A DNA stretch of 64,000 nt from NCBI GenBank assembly GCA_963749495.1, contig CAVVMW010000021.1, positions 352,001 to 416,000 on the forward strand, given 5' to 3'. The notes beneath the pieces are model-generated. The model did not search any database. It was not told where the DNA came from and worked only from the letters and a program-made list of their open reading frames with translations. Both the position numbers and the translations under genes were made by a program. Of this stretch, positions 21,188 to 30,780 are shown piece after piece; within the stretch, counting starts at the first letter, position 1, and each line of letters opens with the position of its first letter. This DNA is from an uncultured bacterium. Its GTDB lineage: Bacteria > Verrucomicrobiota > Verrucomicrobiia > Limisphaerales > UBA8199.

Positions 21188-21230
21188 GCGGCAGCACTTT
21201 GGGCCGCCGAGTCAACGCAGAGCTGCTGTC

Positions 21231-22508
21231 TCATACTGGCACAGTCTCCCGCTCCGCCAGGGGCGCCCCGTAGGGCAGCGGGTCGGGGACTTCGGCGGTC
21301 TCGGCCACGGCGGTGTAGAGTTGCGAGAAATCCTTGTTCACGTCGCCCGAGAGGCAATCCGTGATGGGGCCGGCCAGGGCGGGGTATTTGTTGGTGAGCT
21401 TGCGGAAGCTGAAATTGCGGTCGTAAAAGGCATAGACAAGCTTGCGCATGTTCTCGAGGCCCTCGCGCATCGTGCGGCTATAGCCGGCGAACCGGCCGGC
21501 GGAAAAATCCTGGGCGTCGAAGGCGGCCTTGATGGCGTCGGCGGCGAGGCTGCCGCTTTTGAGGGCGAGCATGACGCCGGAGGAGAAGACCGGGTCCAGG
21601 AAGCCGAAGGCATCGCCGGCCAGCAGGAGCCCGTATGAGGCGCAAAACCTCGAGCGCCACGAGAACTCGCTGGTCAGGTAATAAGGGCCGGTCTGCGTGC
21701 CGCAGGCCAGGTGGTCCCGTATCCAGGCGTTCTGCCCGGCCTCGCGCTGGAAGATTCCTCTGGGTTCGCGCAGGCCCTCGCGGGTGAGGTACTTGCCCTC
21801 GGCCACGACCCCCACGCTGGTCATCTCCCGGTGCTGGGGAATGTACCAAAACCACCCCTTCTCGGGGACGTATGCAACGGTAGTGGCCCCGGCGTCGAGC
21901 CCAGGGTCGCGCATTGCCCCGCGGTAGTAGGTCCACACGGCGACCTTGTTGAGCTTGGGCTCGCGGATGCGCCAATTGAGCCGCGTCGGCGCCAGGGCGT
22001 CGCGTCCGGAGCAATCCAGCGTCATCGGGGCCCGGCACTCCAAGGCCTGGCCGGACCGGGTCTGCGCGCGAACCCCCACGGTGCGCCCCTCCTCCTGGAT
22101 CAAGTCGCAAACCGCAGTCTCCTCCAGCACGCTTGCGCCCTTTTCACGCGCGTTCTCCATCAGCATCAGGTCGAACTCCGAGCGCAGCACCTGCCACGTC
22201 TGCGCCACCTCCGGCTCGTAACGCGTCGAAAAATAGAACGGCTGCGAGGCCTTGCCGGAGGGCGAGACAAACTGGACGCTGTATTTCTTGACGAACCCGC
22301 TCTGGCGCATTCGCTCCAGCAGGCCCAGCCGCTTGAGCGGGTAACAGGTGAAGGGCAGCAGCGATTCGCCAATGTGATAGCGCGGGAACTTCTCGCGTTC
22401 CAGCACCACCACGCGCAGGCCCTGCTCCGCCAGCAGGGCGGCAGCCGCCGAGCCCGAAGGACCGGCGCCGATGATGACGGTGTCGCAGCGGATGGGTGTG
22501 TTAGTCAT
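21231..22508 (-). CDS. Flavin-dependent halogenase-like oxidoreductase (PltA/CndH-type)
   Basis: IIGAGPSG FAD motif, FPRYHIGES, GFVKKY (candidate catalytic Lys), GWFWYIP (WxWxIP), AGDAFGFLDPVFSSGV. Confidence 0.8.
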   Translation of the reverse strand: MTNTPIRCDTVIIGAGPSGSAAAALLAEQGLRVVVLEREKFPRYHIGESLLPFTCYPLKRLGLLERMRQSGFVKKYSVQFVSPSGKASQPFYFSTRYEPEVAQTWQVLRSEFDLMLMENAREKGASVLEETAVCDLIQEEGRTVGVRAQTRSGQALECRAPMTLDCSGRDALAPTRLNWRIREPKLNKVAVWTYYRGAMRDPGLDAGATTVAYVPEKGWFWYIPQHREMTSVGVVAEGKYLTREGLREPRGIFQREAGQNAWIRDHLACGTQTGPYYLTSEFSWRSRFCASYGLLLAGDAFGFLDPVFSSGVMLALKSGSLAADAIKAAFDAQDFSAGRFAGYSRTMREGLENMRKLVYAFYDRNFSFRKLTNKYPALAGPITDCLSGDVNKDFSQLYTAVAETAEVPDPLPYGAPLAERETVPV

Positions 22509-22519
22509 AGTTGCGAGAT

Positions 22520-22595
22520 GGTTCAGGGTTCAGGGTTCACGTTTCACGTTTCACGTTTCACGGTTCAGGGTTCACGTTTCACGTTTCACGTTTCA
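22520..22595. repeat. Heptamer tandem repeats (GGTTCAG)/(TTTCACG)n
   Basis: About 10 mixed units; reverse complement (CGTGAAA)n at 31613-31647, 38841-38862, 39508-39528. Confidence 0.9.
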
Positions 22596-22640
22596 CTTCG
22601 GCTTCGCCGCAGACGGTTGCGTGGGATCGGACATTCTCGT

Positions 22641-23213
22641 TCATTGAGGCAGAATCTCAATCACCTCGGCGATGAGCCGCCGGGAGGCGTCGAGCAGGAC
22701 ATTGCGGCGTCCGTAGAGGGCGCCGGGCCGGTGCAGGCGCAGGATGGCCCCCAGGCGGGCGTCGGCCTGGACGGTGAAGAAGGCCTGGGGCCAGCTCAAA
22801 TGCGGGATGGCCTCGGCCTGGAGGATCTTGCCCAGCGGCCGCTGCTCCTCCAGGACGCTCTGGGCAGCGGACGGGGGAAGGTGTGTCAGCCAGATGCGGA
22901 TGACCCCGTATTCGACGGGCCGGCCGTCCTGAGCGCGCCGGAGCACCACCTCCCGCCAGTAGGCGCCCTCCTCGGATTCGCGGTTGAGCACCAGCAGGTG
23001 GATGGGCTGCCGGTGGAAGCCCTCGAGGGTGGGGGTCATGTCCCTCGAATGGACCAGGAGCGACCGGTACGGCTCGGGAACATCGCCACCTTCAAGCGGC
23101 TCGATGCGGGGCAGGCAAACGCCCGCGCGCGCGTAGAAGCGGTCCAGCAGGCCCGACCACGGCGGCCAGACCCTGGCAGGTTCGGCAAGGGAGGCGGGAG
23201 GGGCGGAGGTCAT
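22641..23213 (-). CDS. Chorismate pyruvate-lyase (UbiC-like) family protein
   Basis: LLVH..DMTPTLE, YWREVVL, VEYG.I, PLG.IL, YGRR, AEVIEILP; 190 aa. Confidence 0.6.
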   Translation of the reverse strand: MTSAPPASLAEPARVWPPWSGLLDRFYARAGVCLPRIEPLEGGDVPEPYRSLLVHSRDMTPTLEGFHRQPIHLLVLNRESEEGAYWREVVLRRAQDGRPVEYGVIRIWLTHLPPSAAQSVLEEQRPLGKILQAEAIPHLSWPQAFFTVQADARLGAILRLHRPGALYGRRNVLLDASRRLIAEVIEILPQ

Positions 23214-23274
23214 GAGAGTGGGCTGGCAGTCAAAGGGTGCGCGCCGGACTGGCCTGAGGTATCGGACCGGCCGT

Positions 23275-23448
23275 GGGCGCTTCCGGGCACTGCCCCCGGA
23301 GTGCGCCCGTCCCCGGGCGCAGCAGCGACGCAGCGGGAAGGGGCGCCGGAGTATTTGACCACTGCCCTGGCTGCGGACGCCGCTGCGCCCGAGGACGGGC
23401 GCACTCCGGCCCGGTCCCCGGCGGCGGGGGCGGTGTCGGGATGTGCAC
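23275..23448. repeat. Palindrome family D (GGAGTGCGCCCGTCCCCGGGCGCAGC...GCTGCGCCCGAGGACGGGCGCACTCC) with outer imperfect TIRs
   Basis: Second copy at 37781-37911. Confidence 0.85.
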
Positions 23449-23468
23449 ACCGGCCGGACAATCGGGCA

Positions 23469-24812
23469 TCACGCATAGCGGGCGGTGCGGTGCTGGGGGA
23501 GAAAGAACTCGTGGACCAGGCGGTCCACCTCGAGCAACCCCTGCCGGGTGAGGCGGAGCCAGTCGCCCTCGATAGCCAGGGCGCCGCACCCTTGCAATGT
23601 GGCCAGGGGTCCTTCGAACCTGGCCAGGACATTGACGCCGAACTTGCGCTGGAAGTAGCTGCGGCTGATGCGGCCCAGCTTGAACTGCAGGACCAACTCG
23701 CGGATGAGCCGCTCCTCTGCTGTCGGCGTCAGGGCCCGGCAGAGCGGCAGCCGCCCCTGGCGCAGGCTGGCCACGTACGGCTCGAAGTCGTGCAGGTTTT
23801 GGAAATGAGTCCCGCCGACGTGCGAGAACGAGGCGACTCCCAGGCCGACCAGGTCCGCCCCCTGCCAAAGGCTGTCGCGATAGACAAACCGTGTGCGGGC
23901 AGGGTCCTTGACGGCGGTGTAACCGCTGGCGACCGCGTAGCCCGCCTCCTCGAGCCGCTCGAAGGCGTAGCCGACCCACTCCCGCTTTGTTGCCCAGTCG
24001 GCCACCGGCGCCACCAGCCGTCCCTGCGCCTTCATCTCCTGGTAAATCGTCGTGTTATACGGGATCTCCATCTGGTAAATCGTGACGCTGTCCGGCGCCA
24101 ACTCCACGGCCTGGCGCACGCAATCGCGCCAGTTCTCCTCGGTCTCCTCGACCATCCCCGCGATGAGATCGATGTTGATCTGCGGGAAATCCAGTTCCCG
24201 CGCAAAATGATAGGCCCGCCGGACCTCGCGCGAACGATGCGCCCGGCCGTTGATCTCCAGGACATGGTCGCTGAAGTTCTCGACCCCCAGGCTCAGGCGC
24301 GACACGCCTATCTCGCGGATCGTCTTGAGCTTGTGGTCCGTGAGCGTGCCCGGCTCGCACTCGAAGGTGACCTCCTCCGCCTGGTCCCACGGGAGAACCG
24401 CCTGCATGCGGCCGGCCAGCTCGCGCAGTTGCAGCTCCGAGAGATACGAAGGAGTGCCGCCCCCGAAATAGACGAACTGCGGCTTGCGCCCCCCGATGAA
24501 CGGACGCCCCCCGTAGAGCTCCAACTCCCGGATTGCCAAATCCAGGTAGCCCTTCACCGCCACCGAATCCTTGTCCGTATAGACCCGGAAATAACAGAAG
24601 TGGCACCGCTTCCGGCAGAAGGGGATGTGCAGATAGAGGCCCAGCGGCGTGCCCGGCGCCGGGGGCCGGGCCAGGGCCGCGGCGGCGTCCGGCAGGCGCT
24701 CCGGGGTCCAAAACGAAAACGGCGGGTAATTGGCAACGAAATAGTTGCCCACACCCGTCTGCTTGTCCGGCTGAACTGGGACCGGCGTCGTTTGAGCTGG
24801 CGCTGTCATCAT
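23469..24812 (-). CDS. HemN-like radical SAM enzyme (class C methyltransferase/HemW-like fold)
   Basis: LYLHIPFCRKRCHFC (CxxxCxxC), YFGGGTPS, RLSLGV, INIDLIAG, GLGVAS. Confidence 0.85.
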   Translation of the reverse strand: MMTAPAQTTPVPVQPDKQTGVGNYFVANYPPFSFWTPERLPDAAAALARPPAPGTPLGLYLHIPFCRKRCHFCYFRVYTDKDSVAVKGYLDLAIRELELYGGRPFIGGRKPQFVYFGGGTPSYLSELQLRELAGRMQAVLPWDQAEEVTFECEPGTLTDHKLKTIREIGVSRLSLGVENFSDHVLEINGRAHRSREVRRAYHFARELDFPQINIDLIAGMVEETEENWRDCVRQAVELAPDSVTIYQMEIPYNTTIYQEMKAQGRLVAPVADWATKREWVGYAFERLEEAGYAVASGYTAVKDPARTRFVYRDSLWQGADLVGLGVASFSHVGGTHFQNLHDFEPYVASLRQGRLPLCRALTPTAEERLIRELVLQFKLGRISRSYFQRKFGVNVLARFEGPLATLQGCGALAIEGDWLRLTRQGLLEVDRLVHEFFLPQHRTARYA

Positions 24813-24826
24813 GATTCTGGCGCTTC

Positions 24827-24855
24827 ACTATTCAACAGGACAAGTAATTTTGCAA
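24827..24855 (-). promoter_or_regulatory. Possible sigma70 promoter for the minus-strand cluster
   Basis: TTGCAA-17 nt-AATAGT on the minus strand in an AT-rich patch 14 nt upstream of the ATG at 24812. Confidence 0.3.
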
Positions 24856-24879
24856 ATTAAGGAATGTGCAGAGTTCGGA

Positions 24880-24954
24880 AATGACGAATGACGAATGACG
24901 AATGACGAATGTCGAGTTCGTCATTCGTCATTCGTCATTCGTCATTCGTCATTC
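24880..24954. repeat. Inverted pair of heptamer arrays (AATGACG)n / (CGTCATT)n in the divergent intergenic region
   Basis: About 4.5 and 5 units separated by a few nt; forms a long hairpin. Confidence 0.95.
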
Positions 24955-25014
24955 TCACTCCCCGCTTTTCTTCCTTCAAACCAGTGGGAATCCCGCCCAT
25001 AATCCAGCCTGCGC

Positions 25015-26965
25015 ATGAAACTCTTCCTTTCCCTTTGGCTGCTGGTCCTGCCCGCTTGCCTCGTGCCGGGCGCGCCCTCCCCGGCGCCGGCCCTCCGCTC
25101 GCTCGCAGGTTCGGGTTTTCCCGACGTGTTCGTCTGGACCGATACGTGCAACGCCTATGTGTTCCGGGACGGCCAGACCTGCCTCCTGGTGGATCTGGGC
25201 GATGGGAGCGTCCTCGACCACCTGGGCGAGATCGGCGTCAAGCGGGTCGAGTGGGTCCTCTTTACGCACCATCACCGGGAGCAGTGCCAGGGGTATGCCC
25301 AGCTCAAGTCAAAGGGCTGGGACGTCAGGGTCGGCGTCCCAGAAGCCGAGCGGGCGCTTTTCGAGCAGCCCGCTTCCTTCCGCAAGCTGCACGCCAGGCT
25401 CGGGGACGCCTTCACGGTGCGCAGACTCGAGCTACGTGCGCCCGCCGGTCGAGCCGATTGCGGTGGACCGGGCCTTCTCGAAAATGGACACCTTCCACTG
25501 GCACGGCCACGAATTCTGGTGCGTGGAGACCAAAGGCAACAGCCCGGGCGGGATGTCTTATCTGGTCGAGTTGAACGGCCGCCGCGTGGCGTTTTCGGGC
25601 GATGTGATGCTGGACGGCGCGCGGATGCACAATTACTTCGACACGGAATGGGACTACAGCTTCGCCGCGGGCATCTATGCGCTGCACAACGCGGCGGCGC
25701 TGCTCCAGAGCTTCGGCCCGGTCCTGCTGCTGCCAGCGCACGGCCCGGTCATTCCGGGGCCCAGGGGGCAATTGGAGGCCTTTCAGACCAAGCTGCGGCG
25801 CCTCGCCCGCATGGTCGTGCGCGGCTACGACGAGGGCCGGTTCGCCGCCGCCGACCAGGACCGCGTCTCGACCCCGACCTCGGTCCCTTACCTGTGGCGG
25901 ACCACGCCCCACCTCTATAAGTTCAAGGGGCCCGATTATTGGCCAAATTTCGTGATGCTGCTGGCCGACAGCGGGCACGGGCTGGTGGTCGATTGCGGGC
26001 TGTTCGAGGAGGCCTTTCTGGACCGGTCGCTGGAGCTGATGCGCGAGCGGCTGGGATTGAAAGCGATCGATGCCGTGCTCATCACGCACATGCACGGCGA
26101 CCACATCCTGGAGGCCCCGCACCTGCGCGAGAAATGGGGCGCGCAGATCTGGGCCCTGGATCGCATGGCGGACAAGTTCGAGCATCCCGAGCGTTACGAT
26201 TACGCGGCCCCGATCCAGGCCTACGGCAAGGGGTTCGATTCCGTGCGCGTGGACCGCGTGCTCCGCTCCGGCGAGACCCTCGAGTGGGAAGGCTACCAGT
26301 TGACCGCCGATTGGATGCCGGGCCAGACCGAGTTCGCGATGGGGCTGTCCGGAATGATTGACGGCCGCAAGGTCGTCTTCACCGGCGACAACATCTTTGC
26401 CGATCCGAGGAACCCGAGGCAGAACGGCCACGAGGCCATCGTCGCCCGCAACAGCGGCATCCTCGAAGAAGGCTACATCTACGGCGCCGATTACCTGGCG
26501 CGGACCAAGCCCGACCTGCTCATGGGCGGCCATTCGTTTGTCATGGACCGCCCGGCCGGGCTGATCAAACGCTATCGCCACTGGGCCTATGCCATGCGCG
26601 ACACCTTCCGCTCCCTGAGCACGGACGCGGACTACCGCTATTGGTTCGACCCGTTCTGGGTCCGGGCGGAGCCGTACCGTGTCAGCGTCCAGCGCGGCAG
26701 TGCGGCGGAGGTGATGGTCCGGGTGCGCAACTTCCGCAACCGCCAGCAGGCCCATAGCATCGGCATCCACGCCCCAGCGGGGCTGGCCGCCCAGCCCGCG
26801 CCCCTGGAGGGCACGCTCGCCCCCGAAAGCAGCGGCTCCTTTCCCCTGCGCATCGAGGCAGGCAAAGATGCCTCACCCGGAGTTCACATCGTCGCCTTCG
26901 ACATCACCCTCGACGGACACCGCTACGGCGAGTGGTTCGATTTCATCGTGAACGTCGAGCCGTGA
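25015..26965 (+). CDS. Secreted tandem metallo-beta-lactamase-fold hydrolase, apparent frameshift near 25420
   Basis: Signal peptide; LLVDLG..THHHREQ (domain 1), LVVDCG..THMHGDH (domain 2), FSGD, FTGD, LLPAHG. Confidence 0.75.
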
Positions 26966-27038
26966 GACTCTGGCGATTTTGGTTGCGTCCCGTCCGCGCC
27001 CAGCGGTACAACCTTGCCAAATCACAAAACACGCATTT

Positions 27039-28709
27039 ATGAAATCTCAATTGTTTGTTGCGTTATTGGCGGGCGGCCTGGCGTTGAACATCGAGGAGTC
27101 CTGCGTTCAGGCGGCCTCCGAGACGGCGCCGCAAAATGCCGCGCGGCTCCAGTGGTGGCGCCAGGCCCGGTTCGGCATGTTCATTCATTGGGGGCCGGTG
27201 AGCCTCAAGGGGACCGAGATCGGCTGGTCGCGCGGGGCCGAGATACCGATCGGGGAGTACGACAATCTCTACAAGCAGTTCAATCCGACCAATTTCGATG
27301 CCGCGGCCTGGGTCAGGACCGCCAAGGACGCGGGTATGAAGTACCTGGTCTTCACCACCAAGCACCACGACGGTTTCTGCATGTGGGACACGCGGCAGAC
27401 CGACCACAACATCATGCACTCGCCCTTCGGGCGCGATGTCGTCAAGGAGTTGGCGGAGGCCTGCCGGGGGCAGGGCCTGGCCTTCGGCACGTACCACTCG
27501 GTCACCGATTGGCACCATCCGGATTTTCCCCTCACCAGCCCGCGCGGCTCGGTGCGCCGGCCCGCCTCGAACCTGGACCGCTACGAGCAGTACCTGCGGG
27601 CCCAGGTGTCCGAACTGATCACCCATTACGGTCCGCTGCTGATCATGTGGTTCGACGTGCCCCAGGAGTTCAGCGTCCAGCGCGGCCAGGGGCTCATCGA
27701 GTTCACTCGCGCCTTGCAGCCCGACATCATCATCAACGACCGCAGCGGCGCCCCCGGTGATTACGACACCCCGGAACAGCGCATCGGCAAATACCAGGAC
27801 CAGCGGCCCTGGGAGACCTGCATGACCATCTGCCGCCAATGGGCCTGGAAACCCGGCGACCAGATGAAATCGTTGCGGGAGTGCGTCCAGACGCTGGTGC
27901 TGTGCGCGGGGGGCGACGGCAACCTCTTGCTCAATGTCGGCCCGATGCCCGATGGCCGCATCGAGCCGCGCCAGGTCGAGCGCCTGCTCGAGATGGGCGC
28001 CTGGCTCGGCCGCTACGGCCAGAGCATTTATGGGACCCGGGGCGGGCCCTGGAAACCGAGCCGGGCCCTGGCCAGCACCCGCGCGGGCAACAGCATTTTC
28101 GTCCACCTCCTCCGCCCCCAGACCGGCGCGGTTACGCTGCCCGGCATCCCGGCCAGGATTGTCGCCAGCCAGGCCCTGACGGGCGGCTCGGTCAAAGTCG
28201 AGCAGGGCGACGGCCAAGTGACGCTGTCCCTGGAACCTGCAGGGACAGCGGGACCCGAAGCGGGCATTGACAGCATCGTGCGCCTGGACCTCGACCGCTC
28301 CGCCATGGGTCTCAAGCCGGTGGGCTCGCCCTCGACGATCAAGGCCTCGGCGTCAAACGTCTTTCAGAACATGGACGAGTTTGCGGCGGACAAGGCCTTC
28401 GACGGCGACGCGGACACGCGGTGGGCGACGGATGCCGGCACCCGCCAGGCCTGGGTCGCGGTGGACCTCGGCCGCCCCAAACGCATCAACGGCGTGCGCA
28501 TTCACGAGGAATATGCCGGCAGGGTGCAGCGGTTCGAGTTGCAGCGCAAGGACGGCCCCGAGTGGAAGACGGTCCTTGCCGGCGCCACGCTCGGCCCGGA
28601 CTTCAAAGCCCAATTCCCCGCCATCACCGCCCAGGAACTGCGCTTGAACATCCTCGACGCTACAGAAGGACCGACCATTAGCGAGATCGAGTTTGTCGAG
28701 GCCAACTGA
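27039..28709 (+). CDS. Alpha-L-fucosidase (GH29) with C-terminal F5/8 type C domain
   Basis: ARFGMFIHWG, AGMKY.V.TTKHHDGF, MWFD, PWETCMT, GNLLLNVGP; AFDGD..TRW. Confidence 0.9.
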   Translation: MKSQLFVALLAGGLALNIEESCVQAASETAPQNAARLQWWRQARFGMFIHWGPVSLKGTEIGWSRGAEIPIGEYDNLYKQFNPTNFDAAAWVRTAKDAGMKYLVFTTKHHDGFCMWDTRQTDHNIMHSPFGRDVVKELAEACRGQGLAFGTYHSVTDWHHPDFPLTSPRGSVRRPASNLDRYEQYLRAQVSELITHYGPLLIMWFDVPQEFSVQRGQGLIEFTRALQPDIIINDRSGAPGDYDTPEQRIGKYQDQRPWETCMTICRQWAWKPGDQMKSLRECVQTLVLCAGGDGNLLLNVGPMPDGRIEPRQVERLLEMGAWLGRYGQSIYGTRGGPWKPSRALASTRAGNSIFVHLLRPQTGAVTLPGIPARIVASQALTGGSVKVEQGDGQVTLSLEPAGTAGPEAGIDSIVRLDLDRSAMGLKPVGSPSTIKASASNVFQNMDEFAADKAFDGDADTRWATDAGTRQAWVAVDLGRPKRINGVRIHEEYAGRVQRFELQRKDGPEWKTVLAGATLGPDFKAQFPAITAQELRLNILDATEGPTISEIEFVEAN

Positions 28710-28888
28710 GGAAAACGCGAAATCGGGAGAAGGCAGAAAATCGGAAGGAGGCAGAAAGATGGGGGCAGAAAAATGGAGACGGCACCGGAACCCGGCACCG
28801 CGACTGCACCATTCGTCATTCGTCATTCGTCATTCGTCATTTTCGAACTGCCCCCATTTTTCTGCCTTTTCCGGATTTGGGCCTTTCC

Positions 28889-30625
28889 CTACTCCACCTC
28901 CTGTGTCACCTCCTGGAGAATCGCCATCTCGCGGCGCTGGAGGAGGCGGCCTTCCAGGGGCAGGAGCAGGCGATAGAGCCAGGCGATGCCGGCCAAGGTG
29001 GCCAGGGCGGCCAGGAGGTTGACCGGCAGCCAGGGCGCCCAGTGTTCCACAGAAAAGACCAATTGAAGGGCCGGCGGGATGAGCAGGGGCGGCAACACCA
29101 GCGGGAGCAACAGGAAGTTCAGGAGCATGACCAGGAACACCGCCGGCTTGACTTTCTTCATCTGGAGCGTGCCCGGCGCCATGCGGTATGGGGCCAGGAT
29201 GGCGGCCAGATTGGTCAGCAAGCTGAAGACCAGGAAGGCCGCCGGGACTTGCACCAGGCCCGTCAGGTAGGCGTCCCAGGGCATCCGGGTGGCTACGCCG
29301 GCCAGCGTGAGCAGCGAGACCGCCACCACGGCCACGAAGGGGACGAACGACAGGTTTTTGGCCAGCAGGACATGATGGCGGCGGGTCGGCAGCAGGACCA
29401 GGGCGCGAAATCCGTCCCGGTCCAACCCGAAGGCATTGGCCATGCTCGGGGCCATGGAAAACACGGAGAACGCGGCCACGCCGGTCGCCAGAAAGCCGCC
29501 CCATAGGTGAGACATGGGCCCTCTGGGGTGGGTGAAGTACATCGAGGCGCCGATGGCTCCCATCACCACCGGCATGATGAAGGCCATCTTGAGTTCCGGC
29601 GCGCGCGACAAGGAGCGGAAGAGGGCCAGGGTCAGGGCCGCCACCTCCTCGGGCAGACCGGGCAGGGTCCGCTCGACCAGCAAAGGCCGGGCAGACGGTT
29701 GCGGACGCGCTGTGACCGGGCGGGGCGCCGGCGCCGCCAGGCGGCCGCGGCCCTCCTCGCCCTGGTAGAAGCGCAGCGTGAGCCGATAGGCCTGCCGCAA
29801 GCCCATGACCCCGAAAAGCCAACAGAGGGCGCCGGCCCCAAAGGCGGGCCATGGGTTCTGCTCTTTGAGTGTCATGGCGCCGTAACCGAGCCAGCCGGGC
29901 GGCAACGCAAGGTGCGCGTCCACAAAGACCTGCGGCAGCGCCAACCGCCCTTGGGCATCCTCCAGCGGCGATCCCTGCCCGGCCCGCTTCACGTGCGAGC
30001 GGAACATCGCCGAGTTGAAAACAATGTTCGGGAGTTGAAAGAGCAGGACGAAAATCACGGTGACCCACACAATGATCGCCCGCCGCCGCCGTTTATTCAT
30101 CATCAACGCCGCCAGCCAGCCGCGCAGGCAATAAGTCCAGGCGGTGATGGCAAAAACAAATCCCAGGACCAGCGGAACCATCAGCGCCAGCGCCAGCCCC
30201 CCGCCAAACGCCATCCCGACCGACAACCCGAGCAATGCCGGCAGCAGGAGGATAATGCTCGGTGCCAGCAACGACACCAGGTAGTTGAAAACGAAGACCT
30301 GGCGCAGCGTCACGGGCAGGTGCAGCAACTTGGGCAGATCGATGCTCTCGGAGCGCTGGATTTCCACCATCAACCCGCTGGCCCAGATGATGAGAAAGGC
30401 GAAGACCAGGCCGTCGAAGATGAGAAGCAAGACCGCAGCCGGTGCCTGGGCGCCGGCAAACCAGCCGCCTATCAGGCCGCCCAGTCCCAGACCCACCGCC
30501 CCCATTGCCAGCAGGGCCACCCAGAGGACCGAGAGCACCGCGTTGAGCGGGCCGCCGCGGATGAACTGGTTGCGGCTCAGCCGCCACCGCAGCCACAGAA
30601 TCGCCTTGAGCTGGTCCCAGTTCAT
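28889..30625 (-). CDS. ABC-2-type exporter permease
   Basis: About 12 TM segments, NAFGLDRDG motif; downstream of an ABC ATPase. Confidence 0.75.
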   Translation of the reverse strand: MNWDQLKAILWLRWRLSRNQFIRGGPLNAVLSVLWVALLAMGAVGLGLGGLIGGWFAGAQAPAAVLLLIFDGLVFAFLIIWASGLMVEIQRSESIDLPKLLHLPVTLRQVFVFNYLVSLLAPSIILLLPALLGLSVGMAFGGGLALALMVPLVLGFVFAITAWTYCLRGWLAALMMNKRRRRAIIVWVTVIFVLLFQLPNIVFNSAMFRSHVKRAGQGSPLEDAQGRLALPQVFVDAHLALPPGWLGYGAMTLKEQNPWPAFGAGALCWLFGVMGLRQAYRLTLRFYQGEEGRGRLAAPAPRPVTARPQPSARPLLVERTLPGLPEEVAALTLALFRSLSRAPELKMAFIMPVVMGAIGASMYFTHPRGPMSHLWGGFLATGVAAFSVFSMAPSMANAFGLDRDGFRALVLLPTRRHHVLLAKNLSFVPFVAVVAVSLLTLAGVATRMPWDAYLTGLVQVPAAFLVFSLLTNLAAILAPYRMAPGTLQMKKVKPAVFLVMLLNFLLLPLVLPPLLIPPALQLVFSVEHWAPWLPVNLLAALATLAGIAWLYRLLLPLEGRLLQRREMAILQEVTQEVE

Positions 30626-30780
30626 GGAGGGGCGAGGGGCGAGGGGCGAGGGGCGAGTGAGCCGAAAACGCCAACCACTCGCCCCGCGACACTCGCCACT
30701 CGCGGCTTATCCGTTGATTCGATAGCACCAACGGCTATGACATTATGTCGCATCACGCATCACGCATCACGCATCACGTT

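Noticed and set aside
23469..24812. Assigning hemN or hemW as gene symbol
   Set aside because: Motifs are shared across HemN-like subfamilies and there are no haem genes nearby; function cannot be fixed from sequence alone
21711..24860. 1049-aa plus-strand ORF
   Set aside because: Antisense shadow of three well-supported minus-strand genes; no recognisable motifs; expected in high-GC DNA
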